Part shown: one piece after another, positions 10,255 to 20,790 of the stretch
Layout of the letters: each line of letters begins with the position of its first letter
Numbering within the stretch: position 1 is the first letter of the stretch
Assembly: GCA_041937175.2 (NCBI GenBank)
Contig: CP166615.1
Location: 896,001-960,000 of the forward strand
Source: Limnothrix sp. BL-A-16
GTDB lineage: Bacteria; Cyanobacteriota; Cyanobacteriia; CACIAM-69d
Direction of reading: 5' to 3'
DNA: 64,000 nt
Notes under the pieces: generated by a model
The model's input: only the letters and a program-made list of their open reading frames with translations
Told to the model about the DNA's origin: nothing
Databases searched by the model: none
Position numbers and translations under genes: made by a program

Positions 10255-10397
10255 GGTCTGTTGTCATTTCCTGGAATCTAGTGAGGATGGTTGATCTGCC
10301 ATACCCAAATGATCGCAACAAGGGGCTTAAGCCCCTTGTCCCCACGATCCGTTCACGCTGGAATCAGGGTTTTAGACAATTTGACAACAAGCCCTAG
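10251..10397. mobile_element. MITE-like element (about 147 bp) with terminal inverted repeats and a central perfect palindrome
   Basis: Left end CTAGGGTCTGTTGTCA; reverse complement of right end CTAGGGCTTGTTGTCA. Central 22-bp palindrome ACAAGGGGCTTAAGCCCCTTGT (10318-10339). Related copies at about 6838, 18815 and 48290. Confidence 0.7.
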
Positions 10398-10838
10398 GGC
10401 TGGGTTGTGAATCGAATGTTGTCAGGCAATCGAAACCTTTGATTCAGGAATGGTTGCCATATTGAAGAGAAGGCTGAAGCTACCATCAACGGTTTTCCTC
10501 GATCGAGATTGCTTGATCAAGATCGCTCGATCAAGATCGTCAGCTCGAAATTACCGAGTCCAACGACTGTAGACAACCAGTGAATCAAATGACTTGATCC
10601 AGTGGCTTGACTCCAATCATCAGACCAACGCATCTCAAGTGCATCAGATCAATGGTTGAGATCAATGGTTGATCAATGGTTAGTGAGCAGAAGTGATCAG
10701 ACTTGCTAATTTCGTTGATGGTGATCCGTTGCTTGAGGATTTCAGTCATCTGCGGACAAGAGCAACGATCGACTCAGGCTCAAAAATCGAATGCTCAACG
10801 ATCGATTGAGGATTTAATCACACTCAGGTTTGACCACC

Positions 10839-11678
10839 ATGGCTGCAAGTAGTTCTAGTTCGCTCGTTGATTCGATTATTCGCTTTGTGCCGCTGTCTAA
10901 GAAAAATGCCCGTAAAGTGATTGCGGCCATTGCGGGAACGCTCATTTGCTTAGTGGCTTGGCAGGCGATCTGCTCCATTCCCGGAGCACCCCTGCCGGGG
11001 CCATTGGAGGTGTTTAGCGACACGCAGGAATTGATTGTGGGTGCGTTCGATCGCACGGATCCGAATAGCACCGACGTGGGCATTTTTTGGCATTTAATGG
11101 CCAGCTTGCAGCGGGTGGCGATCGGCTTTTCAGCGGCGGCAATTATTGGGGTTTTAGTAGGGATTGTGATCGGCAGCAATCCGCTAATCAATGACGCGCT
11201 GGATCCGGTTTTTCAACTGTTGCGAACCATCCCGCCATTGGCTTGGCTGCCCATTTCCTTGGAAGCCTTGAAAAACAACCAATCAGCGGCATTGTTTGTG
11301 ATTTTCATTACGGCGGTTTGGCCCGTTTTGCTGAACACAGTAACCGGTGTACAGCAAGTGCCCCAGGACTACAAAAACGTGGCTCGGGTGCTGCGGTTGG
11401 GTCGGGTGGAATATTTCCTGAACGTGCTGTTTCCGGCCACGGTTCCCTATGTGTTCACGGGTCTGCGAATTGGTGTGGGTCTGTCGTGGTTGGCCATTGT
11501 GGCGGCGGAAATGCTGGTGGGCGGTGTTGGCATTGGGTTCTTTATTTGGGATGCCTACAACAGCTCGCTGACCAGTGAAATTATCCTGGCGCTGATTTTT
11601 GTGGGCTTGGTGGGGCTGTTGCTCGATCGATTCGTGGCCTTTTTGGGCAGCCTTGCCGTGCCGCCGGAACGCCGCTAA
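10839..11678 (+). CDS. nrtB: Nitrate ABC transporter permease
   Basis: Hydrophobic permease with SLQRVAIGF, LRTIPPLAWLP and WLAIVAAEML; the start could be TTG 10830. Confidence 0.95.
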   Translation: MAASSSSSLVDSIIRFVPLSKKNARKVIAAIAGTLICLVAWQAICSIPGAPLPGPLEVFSDTQELIVGAFDRTDPNSTDVGIFWHLMASLQRVAIGFSAAAIIGVLVGIVIGSNPLINDALDPVFQLLRTIPPLAWLPISLEALKNNQSAALFVIFITAVWPVLLNTVTGVQQVPQDYKNVARVLRLGRVEYFLNVLFPATVPYVFTGLRIGVGLSWLAIVAAEMLVGGVGIGFFIWDAYNSSLTSEIILALIFVGLVGLLLDRFVAFLGSLAVPPERR

Positions 11679-11730
11679 CGGGCGAAGTTTGGGCATAGCT
11701 TGATCACTCACTCCTCGATCGCACAACACC

Positions 11731-13746
11731 ATGACTCCTTTTCTGGAAATCGATCACGTTGACAAAATCTTTCCGCTGCCGGGGGGCGATCGCTACATCG
11801 CGCTTCAAAACATCAACGTTGAGATCAAGCAGGGGGAATTTATTTCCCTGATTGGTCACTCCGGTTGCGGTAAGTCCACCCTGCTGAACATCATTGCGGG
11901 CCTCGATCGCCCCACCAGTGGCGGGGCCATTTTGAACGGTCGCCAAATCGAAGCCCCCGGGCCCGATCGGATGGTGGTGTTCCAAAACTATTCCCTGCTG
12001 CCCTGGAAAACCGTCCGCGACAACATCGCCCTGGCCGTGAACACGGTGCTCAAGAACCTGCCCAAGGAAGAGCGGCGGGCGATCGTGGAAGAAAATATTC
12101 AGCTCGTTGGGTTGGCCCACGCGGCCGATAAGCTTCCCGGCGAACTGTCCGGCGGCATGAAACAGCGGGTGGCGATCGCCCGGGCCCTGGCCACGCGGCC
12201 CCAGGTGTTGTTGCTTGATGAACCCTTCGGGGCCTTGGATGCCCTGACCCGGGGCGGCCTGCAAGAGCAACTGATGCGCATTTGCGAAGAGAGCCATGTC
12301 ACTTGCGTGATGGTGACCCACGATGTGGACGAGGCCCTGCTCCTGAGCGATCGGGTGGTGATGCTCACCACTGGCCCCGCCGCCCATGTGGGGCAAATTC
12401 TGGAAGTGGATATTCCCCGTCCCCGCAGCCGCATGGATGTGGTGAACCATCCCAGCTACTACAGCCTGCGCAACGAAATCGTTTACTTCCTCAATCAACA
12501 AAAACGTTCCAAGAAACGGAAAATTGCGGCCCCTGTGGTGGCGGCTGGCAACGGCCTGGAAAAGGTCAACTTGGAGCTAGGCTTCATTCCCCTCACCGAC
12601 TGTGCGCCGCTGGCGATCGCGCGGGAAAAAGGCTTCTTTGCCAAGCATGGTTTGGAGCAGGTGACCCTTCAGCGCAAACCCAACTGGAAATCGATCGCCC
12701 ATGGAGTCGCCAGCGGCCAGCTCGACGCGGCCCAAATGGTGACCGGAATGCCCTTGGCCATGACCCTGGGCAGCAGCGAAAGCGAACCCGTGCCGATCCA
12801 AGCCTCCATGGTGCTGTCCCGCAACGGCAACGCCATCACCTGGGGCAAGCGCCTGATTGAACAGGGCGTGAATGACCTGGCCACCTTCAAGAGCCTGATT
12901 GAGCGGGATCCGGACAAGGTACATACCTTCGCCATGGTGCATCCGGCTTCCATGCACAACCTGTTGCTGCGGCATTGGTTCGCCTCCGGAGGCATTGACC
13001 CCGATTGGGATATCAGCTTGGCCACCGTACCGCCGCCACAGATGGTCTCGAACCTGAAGGCGGGCAACATTGACGGCTATTGCGTGGGCGAGCCTTGGAA
13101 CTCCCGAGCCGTGCAAGAGGGCATTGGTCAAATTATCGCCACCGATCTCGACCTGTTCCCGGGCCATGTGGAAAAGGTGCTGGGGGTGCGGGAAGATTGG
13201 GCCCAGGCCTATCCCAATACCCATGCGGCGCTGCTGACGGCCCTGCTGGAGGCCTGTGAATATTGCGATGATCATCGCAACCGGGCCGAAGTGTTGGAAA
13301 TTTTGGCCCGCCCCGACTATGTGGGGCTGCCCGTGGAAATGATTGCGCCCGGGTTCCTGTCGCCGCTCGATCGGGGGGATGGCTCTGAGTCCCAAGCGCT
13401 CTACACGTTCCATCAGTTCTTTGTGAACCGATCGGCCTGTCCCGACAGGGTGCAGTCCCTTTGGACCTTGGCCCAGATGGCCCGCTGGGAAATTACCCCC
13501 TTCCCCCGCAACTGGGTGGAGGTGATGGAACGGGTGAACCCCACGGCCACCTATCTGACTGCGGCTCGCAATTTGGGACTGCCGGAGGTGGAATTAGACC
13601 GCAAGCCGATCGTCCTGTTTGATGGCCAGACCTTTGACCCCGATCGCCCGATCGACTACCTCGACAACCTGGCGATTAAGCGCAATATCCGTGTGGCCGA
13701 AATTCGGGTCGATGAAATCTTTAGTTGCTCCGTTTCCCCTAGTTAA
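11731..13746 (+). CDS. nrtC: Nitrate ABC transporter ATP-binding subunit with C-terminal NrtA-like regulatory domain
   Basis: GHSGCGKS, LSGGMKQ, LLDEPF; C-terminal LGFIPLTDCAPL...YCVGEPWN domain. Confidence 0.96.
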   Translation: MTPFLEIDHVDKIFPLPGGDRYIALQNINVEIKQGEFISLIGHSGCGKSTLLNIIAGLDRPTSGGAILNGRQIEAPGPDRMVVFQNYSLLPWKTVRDNIALAVNTVLKNLPKEERRAIVEENIQLVGLAHAADKLPGELSGGMKQRVAIARALATRPQVLLLDEPFGALDALTRGGLQEQLMRICEESHVTCVMVTHDVDEALLLSDRVVMLTTGPAAHVGQILEVDIPRPRSRMDVVNHPSYYSLRNEIVYFLNQQKRSKKRKIAAPVVAAGNGLEKVNLELGFIPLTDCAPLAIAREKGFFAKHGLEQVTLQRKPNWKSIAHGVASGQLDAAQMVTGMPLAMTLGSSESEPVPIQASMVLSRNGNAITWGKRLIEQGVNDLATFKSLIERDPDKVHTFAMVHPASMHNLLLRHWFASGGIDPDWDISLATVPPPQMVSNLKAGNIDGYCVGEPWNSRAVQEGIGQIIATDLDLFPGHVEKVLGVREDWAQAYPNTHAALLTALLEACEYCDDHRNRAEVLEILARPDYVGLPVEMIAPGFLSPLDRGDGSESQALYTFHQFFVNRSACPDRVQSLWTLAQMARWEITPFPRNWVEVMERVNPTATYLTAARNLGLPEVELDRKPIVLFDGQTFDPDRPIDYLDNLAIKRNIRVAEIRVDEIFSCSVSPS

Positions 13747-13830
13747 GGGGCCCGCCTGTGGCCCGATGCCGATCGCCCCAACTCTTCATCCTCTGACTCG
13801 ATCGACCCCTTCTTCAGCCCTGGCAATCCT

Positions 13831-14673
13831 ATGCAAACCCTCTCTTCTCAAACCGTCCCGCCCATGGTTGTCGCAGCGGAACCCGATTTTTTGGTAATTG
13901 ACCAAGTGTCCAAGGTCTATCAAACGCCCAAGGGGCCCTATCCCGTGCTGGATGGGGTCAATTTGCGGGTGGCCGAAGGTGAATTTGTTTCGGTAATTGG
14001 TCACTCGGGTTGCGGCAAGTCCACCCTATTGAACATGGTTTCGGGCTTTGCGGAACCGACGGCGGGTGAAGTGCGCCTAGAACAGCAACGAATCACCCGG
14101 CCCGGCCCCGATCGGATGGTGGTGTTCCAAAACTATGCCCTGCTGCCCTGGAAAACCGTTTTGGAAAATGTGTTGTTGGCGGTGAAAGCCGTTTACACCA
14201 CCCAACCCAAGGAAGCACAGCGGCAATTGGCCCTGAAGTATTTGGAAATGGTGGGGCTGAGCGAGGCGATCCACAAACGGCCGGCGGAAATTTCCGGGGG
14301 GATGAAACAGCGGGTGTCGATCGCCCGGGCCCTGGCCATTTGCCCCAAGGTGTTGATTTTAGATGAACCCTTTGGGGCGTTGGATCCCATCACCCGCGAA
14401 GAATTGCAGGACGAGTTGCTGCAAATCTGGCGGGAAAATCAGGTCACGGTGTTGATGATCACCCACGACATTGATGAGGCGCTCTACCTGTCCGATCGGT
14501 TGGTGATGATGACCAACGGCCCCGCCGCCAAGATTGGGGAGGTGATGGATATTCCGTTCCCCCGACCGCGCGATCGGGCCCGACTTTTGGAAGATCCCAA
14601 ATATTACGAACTGCGCAACTACGCGCTCGACTTCCTCTACAACCGCTATGCCCACGATGACGCGGCGGAATAG
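13831..14673 (+). CDS. nrtD: Nitrate ABC transporter ATP-binding subunit
   Basis: GHSGCGKS, ISGGMKQ, LILDEPF; follows nrtC. Confidence 0.95.
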   Translation: MQTLSSQTVPPMVVAAEPDFLVIDQVSKVYQTPKGPYPVLDGVNLRVAEGEFVSVIGHSGCGKSTLLNMVSGFAEPTAGEVRLEQQRITRPGPDRMVVFQNYALLPWKTVLENVLLAVKAVYTTQPKEAQRQLALKYLEMVGLSEAIHKRPAEISGGMKQRVSIARALAICPKVLILDEPFGALDPITREELQDELLQIWRENQVTVLMITHDIDEALYLSDRLVMMTNGPAAKIGEVMDIPFPRPRDRARLLEDPKYYELRNYALDFLYNRYAHDDAAE

Positions 14674-14739
14674 GCCCTAGGGTCGGCCCCCGATCGGCTC
14701 TGGGTTTTGCTTTTTCCTCAGTTCAACATTCAGTTCAAC

Positions 14740-14761
14740 GCCCCGCCAGGGGCATTTTTTT
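14740..14761 (+). terminator. Possible intrinsic terminator or attenuator between nrtD and narB
   Basis: GCCCC-GCCA-GGGGC stem-loop followed by A and T7. Confidence 0.5.
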
Positions 14762-14872
14762 GACTCATGGCCCGCTGGGATCGTTGTCTAGCTGATTGGT
14801 TTGACTGCCTTTGCCCTGGCTCGACCTATTTTCACCACTTATTCGCAACTTAGAAGTTGTTTTAACTAATCC

Positions 14873-17011
14873 ATGGAATCTGTCAGAACCGTTTGTCCCT
14901 ATTGCGGCGTGGGGTGTGGTTTGGAAGTGGTGCAAGGGCCGGCGGGGCCCAAGGTGCGGGGCGATCGGGCCCATCCTTCCAGCCAAGGCATGGTTTGCGT
15001 GAAGGGGGCAACGATTTTGGAGTCGATCGACCGCGATCGGCTGCTGTACCCCCTGTGGCGATCCGCTTTGGATCAAGACTTTCAGCGGATTAGTTGGGAC
15101 GAGGCCTTTGAGGCGATCGTGGATCGCATCCAAACCGTTTTGGCCAACCAAGGGCCCGACGGCCTCTGTATGTATGGCTCCGGGCAGTTTGTCACGGAGG
15201 ATTACTACACGGCCCAAAAGCTGATCAAGGGTTGCCTGGGAACCAACAATTTTGATGCCAATTCGCGGCTTTGCATGTCTTCGGCCGTCTCGGGCTACTT
15301 ACGCAGCTTTGGAGCCGATGGACCTCCCTGTAGCTATGACGATTTGGAGCTGACCGATTGCCTGTTCGCGATCGGGACGAACACGGCCGAATGTCACCCG
15401 ATCGTCTTTAACCGGTTCCGCAAACACCACAAGGCCAACCCCGATCGGGTGCGATTGGTGGTGGTGGATCCCCGCTGCACCGAAACAGGTCAGGTGGCCG
15501 ATCTCCATTTGCCCATTCGCCCCGGCACGGACATTGATTTGTTGAACGGCATGGCCCACCTGTTGCTGAAGTGGGATCAGATCGATCGCGCCTATATCGA
15601 AGCCCACACGGGCGGCTTTGCAGCCTACGAAGATCTGCTGCAACATTACCAGCCCGATCGTGTGGCCGATCGCTGCGGCATTGCGGCGGAGTCGATCGAG
15701 GCGGCGGCCCGGATTTGGGCCCAGAGCGATCGGGTCTTGTCCCTTTGGTCCATGGGCATTAACCAATCCTCCGAAGGCACAGCCAAAGTGCGCAGCATCA
15801 TTAACCTGCACCTGCTGACGGGGCAAATGGGCAAACCGGGCGCGGGGCCCTTTTCCCTCACCGGACAACCCAACGCCATGGGCGGCCGCGAGGCCGGCGG
15901 CTTGTCGCGGTTGCTGCCGGGCTATCGCTCCGTTACCAATCCCCAGCACCGGGCCGAAGTGGAGGATTTTTGGAACCTGCCCCCGGGCCGCATTTCCCCC
16001 ACACCGGGCCGGGCCGCCTGGGAAATTGTGGAAGGGCTGGAGGCGGGAGCGGTGGGCCTGTTGTGGATTGCGGCCACCAATCCCGCCGTGAGTTTTCCCG
16101 ACCTGAACCGCACCAAAGCCGCCCTGAGCCGATCGCCCTTCACGATCTATCAAGAAGCCTATTACCCCACGGAAACCAGCGCCTTTGCCCATTTGCTGTT
16201 GCCGGCCACCCAATGGAGCGAAAAAACCGGCACGATGACCAATTCCGAGCGGATGGTGACCCTTTCCCAGGCGTTTCAGCCCCCTCCGGGAGAAGCCAAG
16301 GAAGATTGGGCCATCTTTGCGGAGGTGGGCCGACGGCTCGGCTTCCAAGAACAGTTTTGGTTCCAATCCTCGGCGGAGGTCTACGGCGAATTTGTGCAAC
16401 TGACCCAAGGCCGTCCCTGCGACATGACCGGTTTGAGCCACGATCAGCTCAGAACCGCCGGCCCCCAACAATGGCCGTTCCCGGCGGATGGGGCGATCGA
16501 CCCTCCACAGCCAGCCCCCACCAAGCGGTTGTATACCGATGGGCAATTCCACACCCCCGATCGGCGGGCGCAATTTCTGGCGGTTCACTCGCGCGGGCTG
16601 GCGGAACCACCCGATGCGGCCTATCCCTTCGTGTTGACCGTGGGCCGACTCTATGGCCATTGGCACACCCAAACCCGCACCGGTCGAATTGAAAAAATCA
16701 AAAAGCTGCACCCAAATCCCTTCATCGAAATTCATCCCAAGGATGCGGAACCCTTGGGCATTCGGGAGGGCGATTGGGTGGCGGTGAAGTCGCGCCGGGG
16801 CGATGGGCGGTTTCCGGCGAAGGTGACTCGGGCGATCGCGCCGGGAACCGTGTTTGTGCCCATGCATTGGGGATCCCTGTGGGGTGACGGGGCCGAAGCC
16901 AATGCCCTCACCCATCCGGAAGCTTGTCCCGACTCCTTTGAACCGGAACTGAAGGCTTGTGCGGTTCAGTTACAAAAACTGGCCGCGCCGTCCACCGCTG
17001 CGGATAATTGA
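14873..17011 (+). CDS. narB: Ferredoxin-nitrate reductase (molybdopterin)
   Basis: CPYCGVGC...C Fe-S motif, [32 protein letters not shown]. Confidence 0.96.
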   Translation: MESVRTVCPYCGVGCGLEVVQGPAGPKVRGDRAHPSSQGMVCVKGATILESIDRDRLLYPLWRSALDQDFQRISWDEAFEAIVDRIQTVLANQGPDGLCMYGSGQFVTEDYYTAQKLIKGCLGTNNFDANSRLCMSSAVSGYLRSFGADGPPCSYDDLELTDCLFAIGTNTAECHPIVFNRFRKHHKANPDRVRLVVVDPRCTETGQVADLHLPIRPGTDIDLLNGMAHLLLKWDQIDRAYIEAHTGGFAAYEDLLQHYQPDRVADRCGIAAESIEAAARIWAQSDRVLSLWSMGINQSSEGTAKVRSIINLHLLTGQMGKPGAGPFSLTGQPNAMGGREAGGLSRLLPGYRSVTNPQHRAEVEDFWNLPPGRISPTPGRAAWEIVEGLEAGAVGLLWIAATNPAVSFPDLNRTKAALSRSPFTIYQEAYYPTETSAFAHLLLPATQWSEKTGTMTNSERMVTLSQAFQPPPGEAKEDWAIFAEVGRRLGFQEQFWFQSSAEVYGEFVQLTQGRPCDMTGLSHDQLRTAGPQQWPFPADGAIDPPQPAPTKRLYTDGQFHTPDRRAQFLAVHSRGLAEPPDAAYPFVLTVGRLYGHWHTQTRTGRIEKIKKLHPNPFIEIHPKDAEPLGIREGDWVAVKSRRGDGRFPAKVTRAIAPGTVFVPMHWGSLWGDGAEANALTHPEACPDSFEPELKACAVQLQKLAAPSTAADN

Positions 17012-17081
17012 GGTTGGTCCGCCAGATCTCGCTTGCAACCTGTGAAGCTGCAAGTTATCCAACTCACTCGAAGGGTTTGAA

Positions 17082-17390
17082 ATGTCGAAATCTGTCAGTA
17101 ATGAAGCGATCGAAACCCTGGCCGCAGAGATGGGCGATGTGGCCTATCTGGACATTGCCAAATGGCATCTCGATTTGGCCCATGCCAATTTGCATAGTGC
17201 CCTCGCTGAAAAAATCTATCCCCTCTTGCTCGATCGCACCTTCAGCCGTGCCAAACTGACCGCTTTGTTAGGGGAAATGGCGATCGAAATTGGAGCCGGT
17301 AAGCGATCGATTCCCCTGCTGGATTTCATTCCCGATCGGGAAGTGGAACGGCTTTATCAGGCGATCGATGACTACCAAGCCAAGCTCTAG
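17082..17390 (+). CDS. Small conserved cyanobacterial protein (DUF3181-like)
   Basis: IETLAAEMGDVAYLDIAKWHLDL...IGAGKRSIPLLDFIP resembles this family as I recall it. Confidence 0.75.
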   Translation: MSKSVSNEAIETLAAEMGDVAYLDIAKWHLDLAHANLHSALAEKIYPLLLDRTFSRAKLTALLGEMAIEIGAGKRSIPLLDFIPDREVERLYQAIDDYQAKL

Positions 17391-17612
17391 GAAGACGAAT
17401 CAGAGTGCCAATTGGGGGGGCTAATTAAAAGGCTCATGAGTCATTTTCGGTTGCGGCCCCATTGCTCAGCCATCGATGCCAACCATGCAAAATCACTCCC
17501 AAGTCACTCCAAAGTCAAGAAGTCCTCAAAGTTGGTACGCTAACTGACCGTTGCGATCGCCCGGGCCGTGCCTACAATATGGGGTTGTTTTCTCGCAGCT
17601 TGAGCAAAATAC

Positions 17613-18818
17613 ATGGGTCGCGCCAAGAAAGTTGTCCTCGCCTACTCCGGCGGTGTGGATACCTCCGTTTGCATTCCCTACCTGATGCAGGAATGGGGCG
17701 TTGAAGAAGTCATTACCCTGGCCGCCGACTTAGGGCAAGGCGACGAACTGGGCCCCATCAAGCAAAAAGCCCTCGACTCCGGAGCCAGTACTTCGCTGGT
17801 GGCGGATCTGCGGGCCGAGTTTGTGCAGGATTATGCGTTCCCGGCCCTGCGGGCCAATGCCCTTTACGAAAACCGCTATCCCCTGTCAACGGCCCTGGCG
17901 CGCCCGCTGATTGCCAAGGCGCTCGTGGAGGCGGCGGCGGAATATGGCGCAGACGCGGTAGCCCACGGCTGCACGGGCAAGGGCAACGACCAAGTGCGGT
18001 TTGATGTGGCGATCGCGGCCCTCGATCCCAGCATCAAGGTGTTGGCTCCGGCTCGCGAGTGGGGCTTCAGCCGCGAAGAAACGATCGCCTACGGGGAAAA
18101 GTTCGGGATTCCCGCGCCCGTCAAGAAAAAGTCGCCCTTCAGCATCGATCGCAACCTACTGGGCCGCAGCATTGAAGCGGGCCCCCTCGAGGATCCCTGG
18201 ACGGAACCGCCGGAAGAAATTTACCTGATGACCAAGGCGATCGCCGACACGCCGGATGAGCCGGACTATGTGGAAATCGGCTTTGAAGCGGGCACACCGA
18301 TCACCCTGGACGGCCGCACCTTGGACTCGATCGCCCTGATTGAAGAACTCAACACCCGCGTTGGCAACCACGGCATCGGCCGAATCGACATGGTGGAAAA
18401 CCGCCTGGTGGGGATTAAGTCCCGCGAAATCTATGAAGTGCCGGCCCTGTCGGTGCTGATCGCCGCCCACCGGGATCTGGAAAGCCTGACCCTGACCGCC
18501 GATGTGAGCCACTACAAGCGCGGCATCGAAGAAACCTACAGCCAACTGATCTACAACGGTCTCTGGTACAGCCCCTTGAAGGCAGCGCTGGACGGATTCA
18601 TTAACGAAACCCAAAAGCGGGTCACCGGCACGGTGCGGATCAAACTGTTCAAGGGCAATGCGGCGATCGTCGGTCGCAAGTCCGAACAGAGTCTTTACAC
18701 GCCGGAACTGGCCACCTACGGGTCTGATGATGAGTTTGACCACAAGGCCGCCGAGGGCTTCATCTATGTTTGGGGTCTGCCGACGCGGGTTTGGTCAGAA
18801 AAACTGCGCCAAGGCTAG
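17613..18818 (+). CDS. argG: Argininosuccinate synthase
   Basis: [32 protein letters not shown]. Confidence 0.98.
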   Translation: MGRAKKVVLAYSGGVDTSVCIPYLMQEWGVEEVITLAADLGQGDELGPIKQKALDSGASTSLVADLRAEFVQDYAFPALRANALYENRYPLSTALARPLIAKALVEAAAEYGADAVAHGCTGKGNDQVRFDVAIAALDPSIKVLAPAREWGFSREETIAYGEKFGIPAPVKKKSPFSIDRNLLGRSIEAGPLEDPWTEPPEEIYLMTKAIADTPDEPDYVEIGFEAGTPITLDGRTLDSIALIEELNTRVGNHGIGRIDMVENRLVGIKSREIYEVPALSVLIAAHRDLESLTLTADVSHYKRGIEETYSQLIYNGLWYSPLKAALDGFINETQKRVTGTVRIKLFKGNAAIVGRKSEQSLYTPELATYGSDDEFDHKAAEGFIYVWGLPTRVWSEKLRQG

Positions 18819-19045
18819 GGCTGGTCGGCAAATTGTCCGAGATTCTCTTGCCTGAAACCCTGATTCCGCCGCGAAGATCGTAGGGAGCAAGGGGCTTGAT
18901 GGCCTGTCGTCATTTCCATCGCCGTAGGGGTTGGGTCTCCCAACCCTAACCCGAGTGATCGCCACAACCCCGCCCAGCCCTGGAACCGGGATCGCAGGGG
19001 CTGGGCGTGGAGACCCCGCCCCTACGATTAAACCCATGACAGGCC
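18815..19045. repeat. Composite repeat: inverted half-copy of the 10.3-kb MITE, then a TIR-bounded GTAG-type REP doublet
   Basis: 18815-18899 matches the reverse complement of the right half of 10251-10397. 18901-19045 is bounded by GGCCTGTC...GACAGGCC and contains GTAGGGGTTGGGTCTCCCAACCC (18924-18946) and inverted GGGCGTGGAGACCCCGCCCCTAC (19003-19025). Confidence 0.7.
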
Positions 19046-19125
19046 CTTAACCCGTTTCAGCCAGTCTCGATCGGCTGGTTGGAACGGGTTTAAACTGGGA
19101 AAGCGACCCTGAGGCAAAAGTTCCC

Positions 19126-20790
19126 ATGCTGTTCACTCAAGTGCTTCGGGGAAGGATTGCCCATTGGTGGCCTAAGCCATCTCAGCGATCGCCCCAAACA
19201 ACCACCCCAACCTTGCCCGAGCTAAGGACTGAATCGATCGCCCCGCAACCCGCCACAGGCGATCGATCGGGGCCATTGGGCCGATCGAGCTGGCGGTGGT
19301 CATCGTTGCAGGGGCGACTCACCCTTGAACTAGGGGCGATCGCGGTCTTGAGCCTGAGCACGGCGGCCCTTTGGTCCACCTGGCAAATGGAGCAGACCCT
19401 CGCCACCGCCCACAAGCAAACCCTCAGTTACATTTCCCAGCGATTTCCCGAGGAGTTGGCCCTCTACGATCAGCACGAGGGGCTGGCCAGAGGATTAACC
19501 ACCACCATTGACAAGGTGGCCATGGCGGGGCTGTTAGCTTGGGTCACCGATGATCAAGGGCGCTTGCTGGCTCAACCCAAAGATGACCAGAATTATCAGA
19601 TCGCTCGAGATTTGGTGCAGTCGTTACCCAGCACCACCCAGCGGTTGACCATTGTTCACCGCGATGGACGGATTTGGGTCTTGTGTGAGCGGCCCTTGAC
19701 GGTACGGGGCCGGGCGATCGGGCGGGTCTACTTTGCCCAAGACGTGAGCCATGATTGGCACAAGCTCCATGGCAGTCTGCGGCTGCTGTGGTTGGTGAAT
19801 GGTGTAGCCATGGTGGTTGCACTGGGGGCGATCGGGCGGCGAATTCGCTTAGCCCTCATGCCCCTAGCCACCATGAGCCAAGTGGCCAGCGCCGTTTCTG
19901 CCGATGACTTGGCTGGGGCCCGCCTGGAGTTGCAAGGGGCCCCCGATGAAGTCCGGGGCTTAGCCCAAGCCTTCAATGAGATGTTGGCGCGGCTGTCGCG
20001 CTCTTGGGAACAACAACGGCAATTTGTGGGCAATGTTTCCCATGAATTGCGCACCCCGCTCACGGTGGTGTTGGGTTACTTGCAAAGCCTCCTGCGGCGC
20101 AGCACCAACCTGAATGACTATCAGTTGCAAGCCTTGACCACGGCGGAAGCGGAGGCCGATCGCACCGTGCGCATGTTGCAGGACTTGTTAGATCTGGCCC
20201 GCATTGACAATCGGCAACTGCACTTGCGGCAAGCGCCGATCGTTCTCAATACCTTGCTGTCGGAGGTGACGGACTGGCAACGGCTGGCCTGCGATCGGCC
20301 CATCCATTTGCATCTGGTGGCGGAGGATGTGGTGGTGCTGGCTGACCGCGATCGCCTGACCCGAGCCATTCGGAATTTGCTCGATAATGCCGTGAAATAT
20401 TCCGCCCCCGAACAGCCCGTGACCCTGCAACTGAGTGATCAGGCGGACTGGGCCACCATTGAAGTGCGCGATCGCGGCATGGGCATTCCTCCGGATCAAC
20501 AAGCCCGGGTGTTTGAGCGGTTCTATCGGGGCGAAGATGAAATGACCCGATCGCGCGATGGCACGGGCTTGGGCCTGGCGATCGCCAAGGGAGCCGTGGA
20601 AGGGATGGGCGGCCGCATCGATCTGCAATCGCAACCGGGCCTGGGCAGCACCTTCACGATCAGACTTCCTCGCTGGAACATATCCTCTGCATCCGATCCA
20701 TCCGTTGATCAATCCTTGATTGATGGCCATTATGGTTTCACCCTTGAAGCTCAATCCCCCCACAGCCCGAATTCTGGTGGTGGAAGATGA
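19126..20790 (+). CDS. Membrane sensor histidine kinase with HAMP domain (ManS-like)
   Basis: Two TM segments, HAMP, H-box VSHELRTPL, N-box NLLDNAVKY, G-boxes DRGMGI and GTGLGL. Confidence 0.9.
   Translation: MLFTQVLRGRIAHWWPKPSQRSPQTTTPTLPELRTESIAPQPATGDRSGPLGRSSWRWSSLQGRLTLELGAIAVLSLSTAALWSTWQMEQTLATAHKQTLSYISQRFPEELALYDQHEGLARGLTTTIDKVAMAGLLAWVTDDQGRLLAQPKDDQNYQIARDLVQSLPSTTQRLTIVHRDGRIWVLCERPLTVRGRAIGRVYFAQDVSHDWHKLHGSLRLLWLVNGVAMVVALGAIGRRIRLALMPLATMSQVASAVSADDLAGARLELQGAPDEVRGLAQAFNEMLARLSRSWEQQRQFVGNVSHELRTPLTVVLGYLQSLLRRSTNLNDYQLQALTTAEAEADRTVRMLQDLLDLARIDNRQLHLRQAPIVLNTLLSEVTDWQRLACDRPIHLHLVAEDVVVLADRDRLTRAIRNLLDNAVKYSAPEQPVTLQLSDQADWATIEVRDRGMGIPPDQQARVFERFYRGEDEMTRSRDGTGLGLAIAKGAVEGMGGRIDLQSQPGLGSTFTIRLPRWNISSASDPSVDQSLIDGHYGFTLEAQSPHSPNSGGGR

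Noticed and set aside
15299..16915. Long antisense ORFs (also 34091-35950 and 50571-51839)
   Set aside because: They lie opposite well-supported genes, as expected from GC-rich codon bias.
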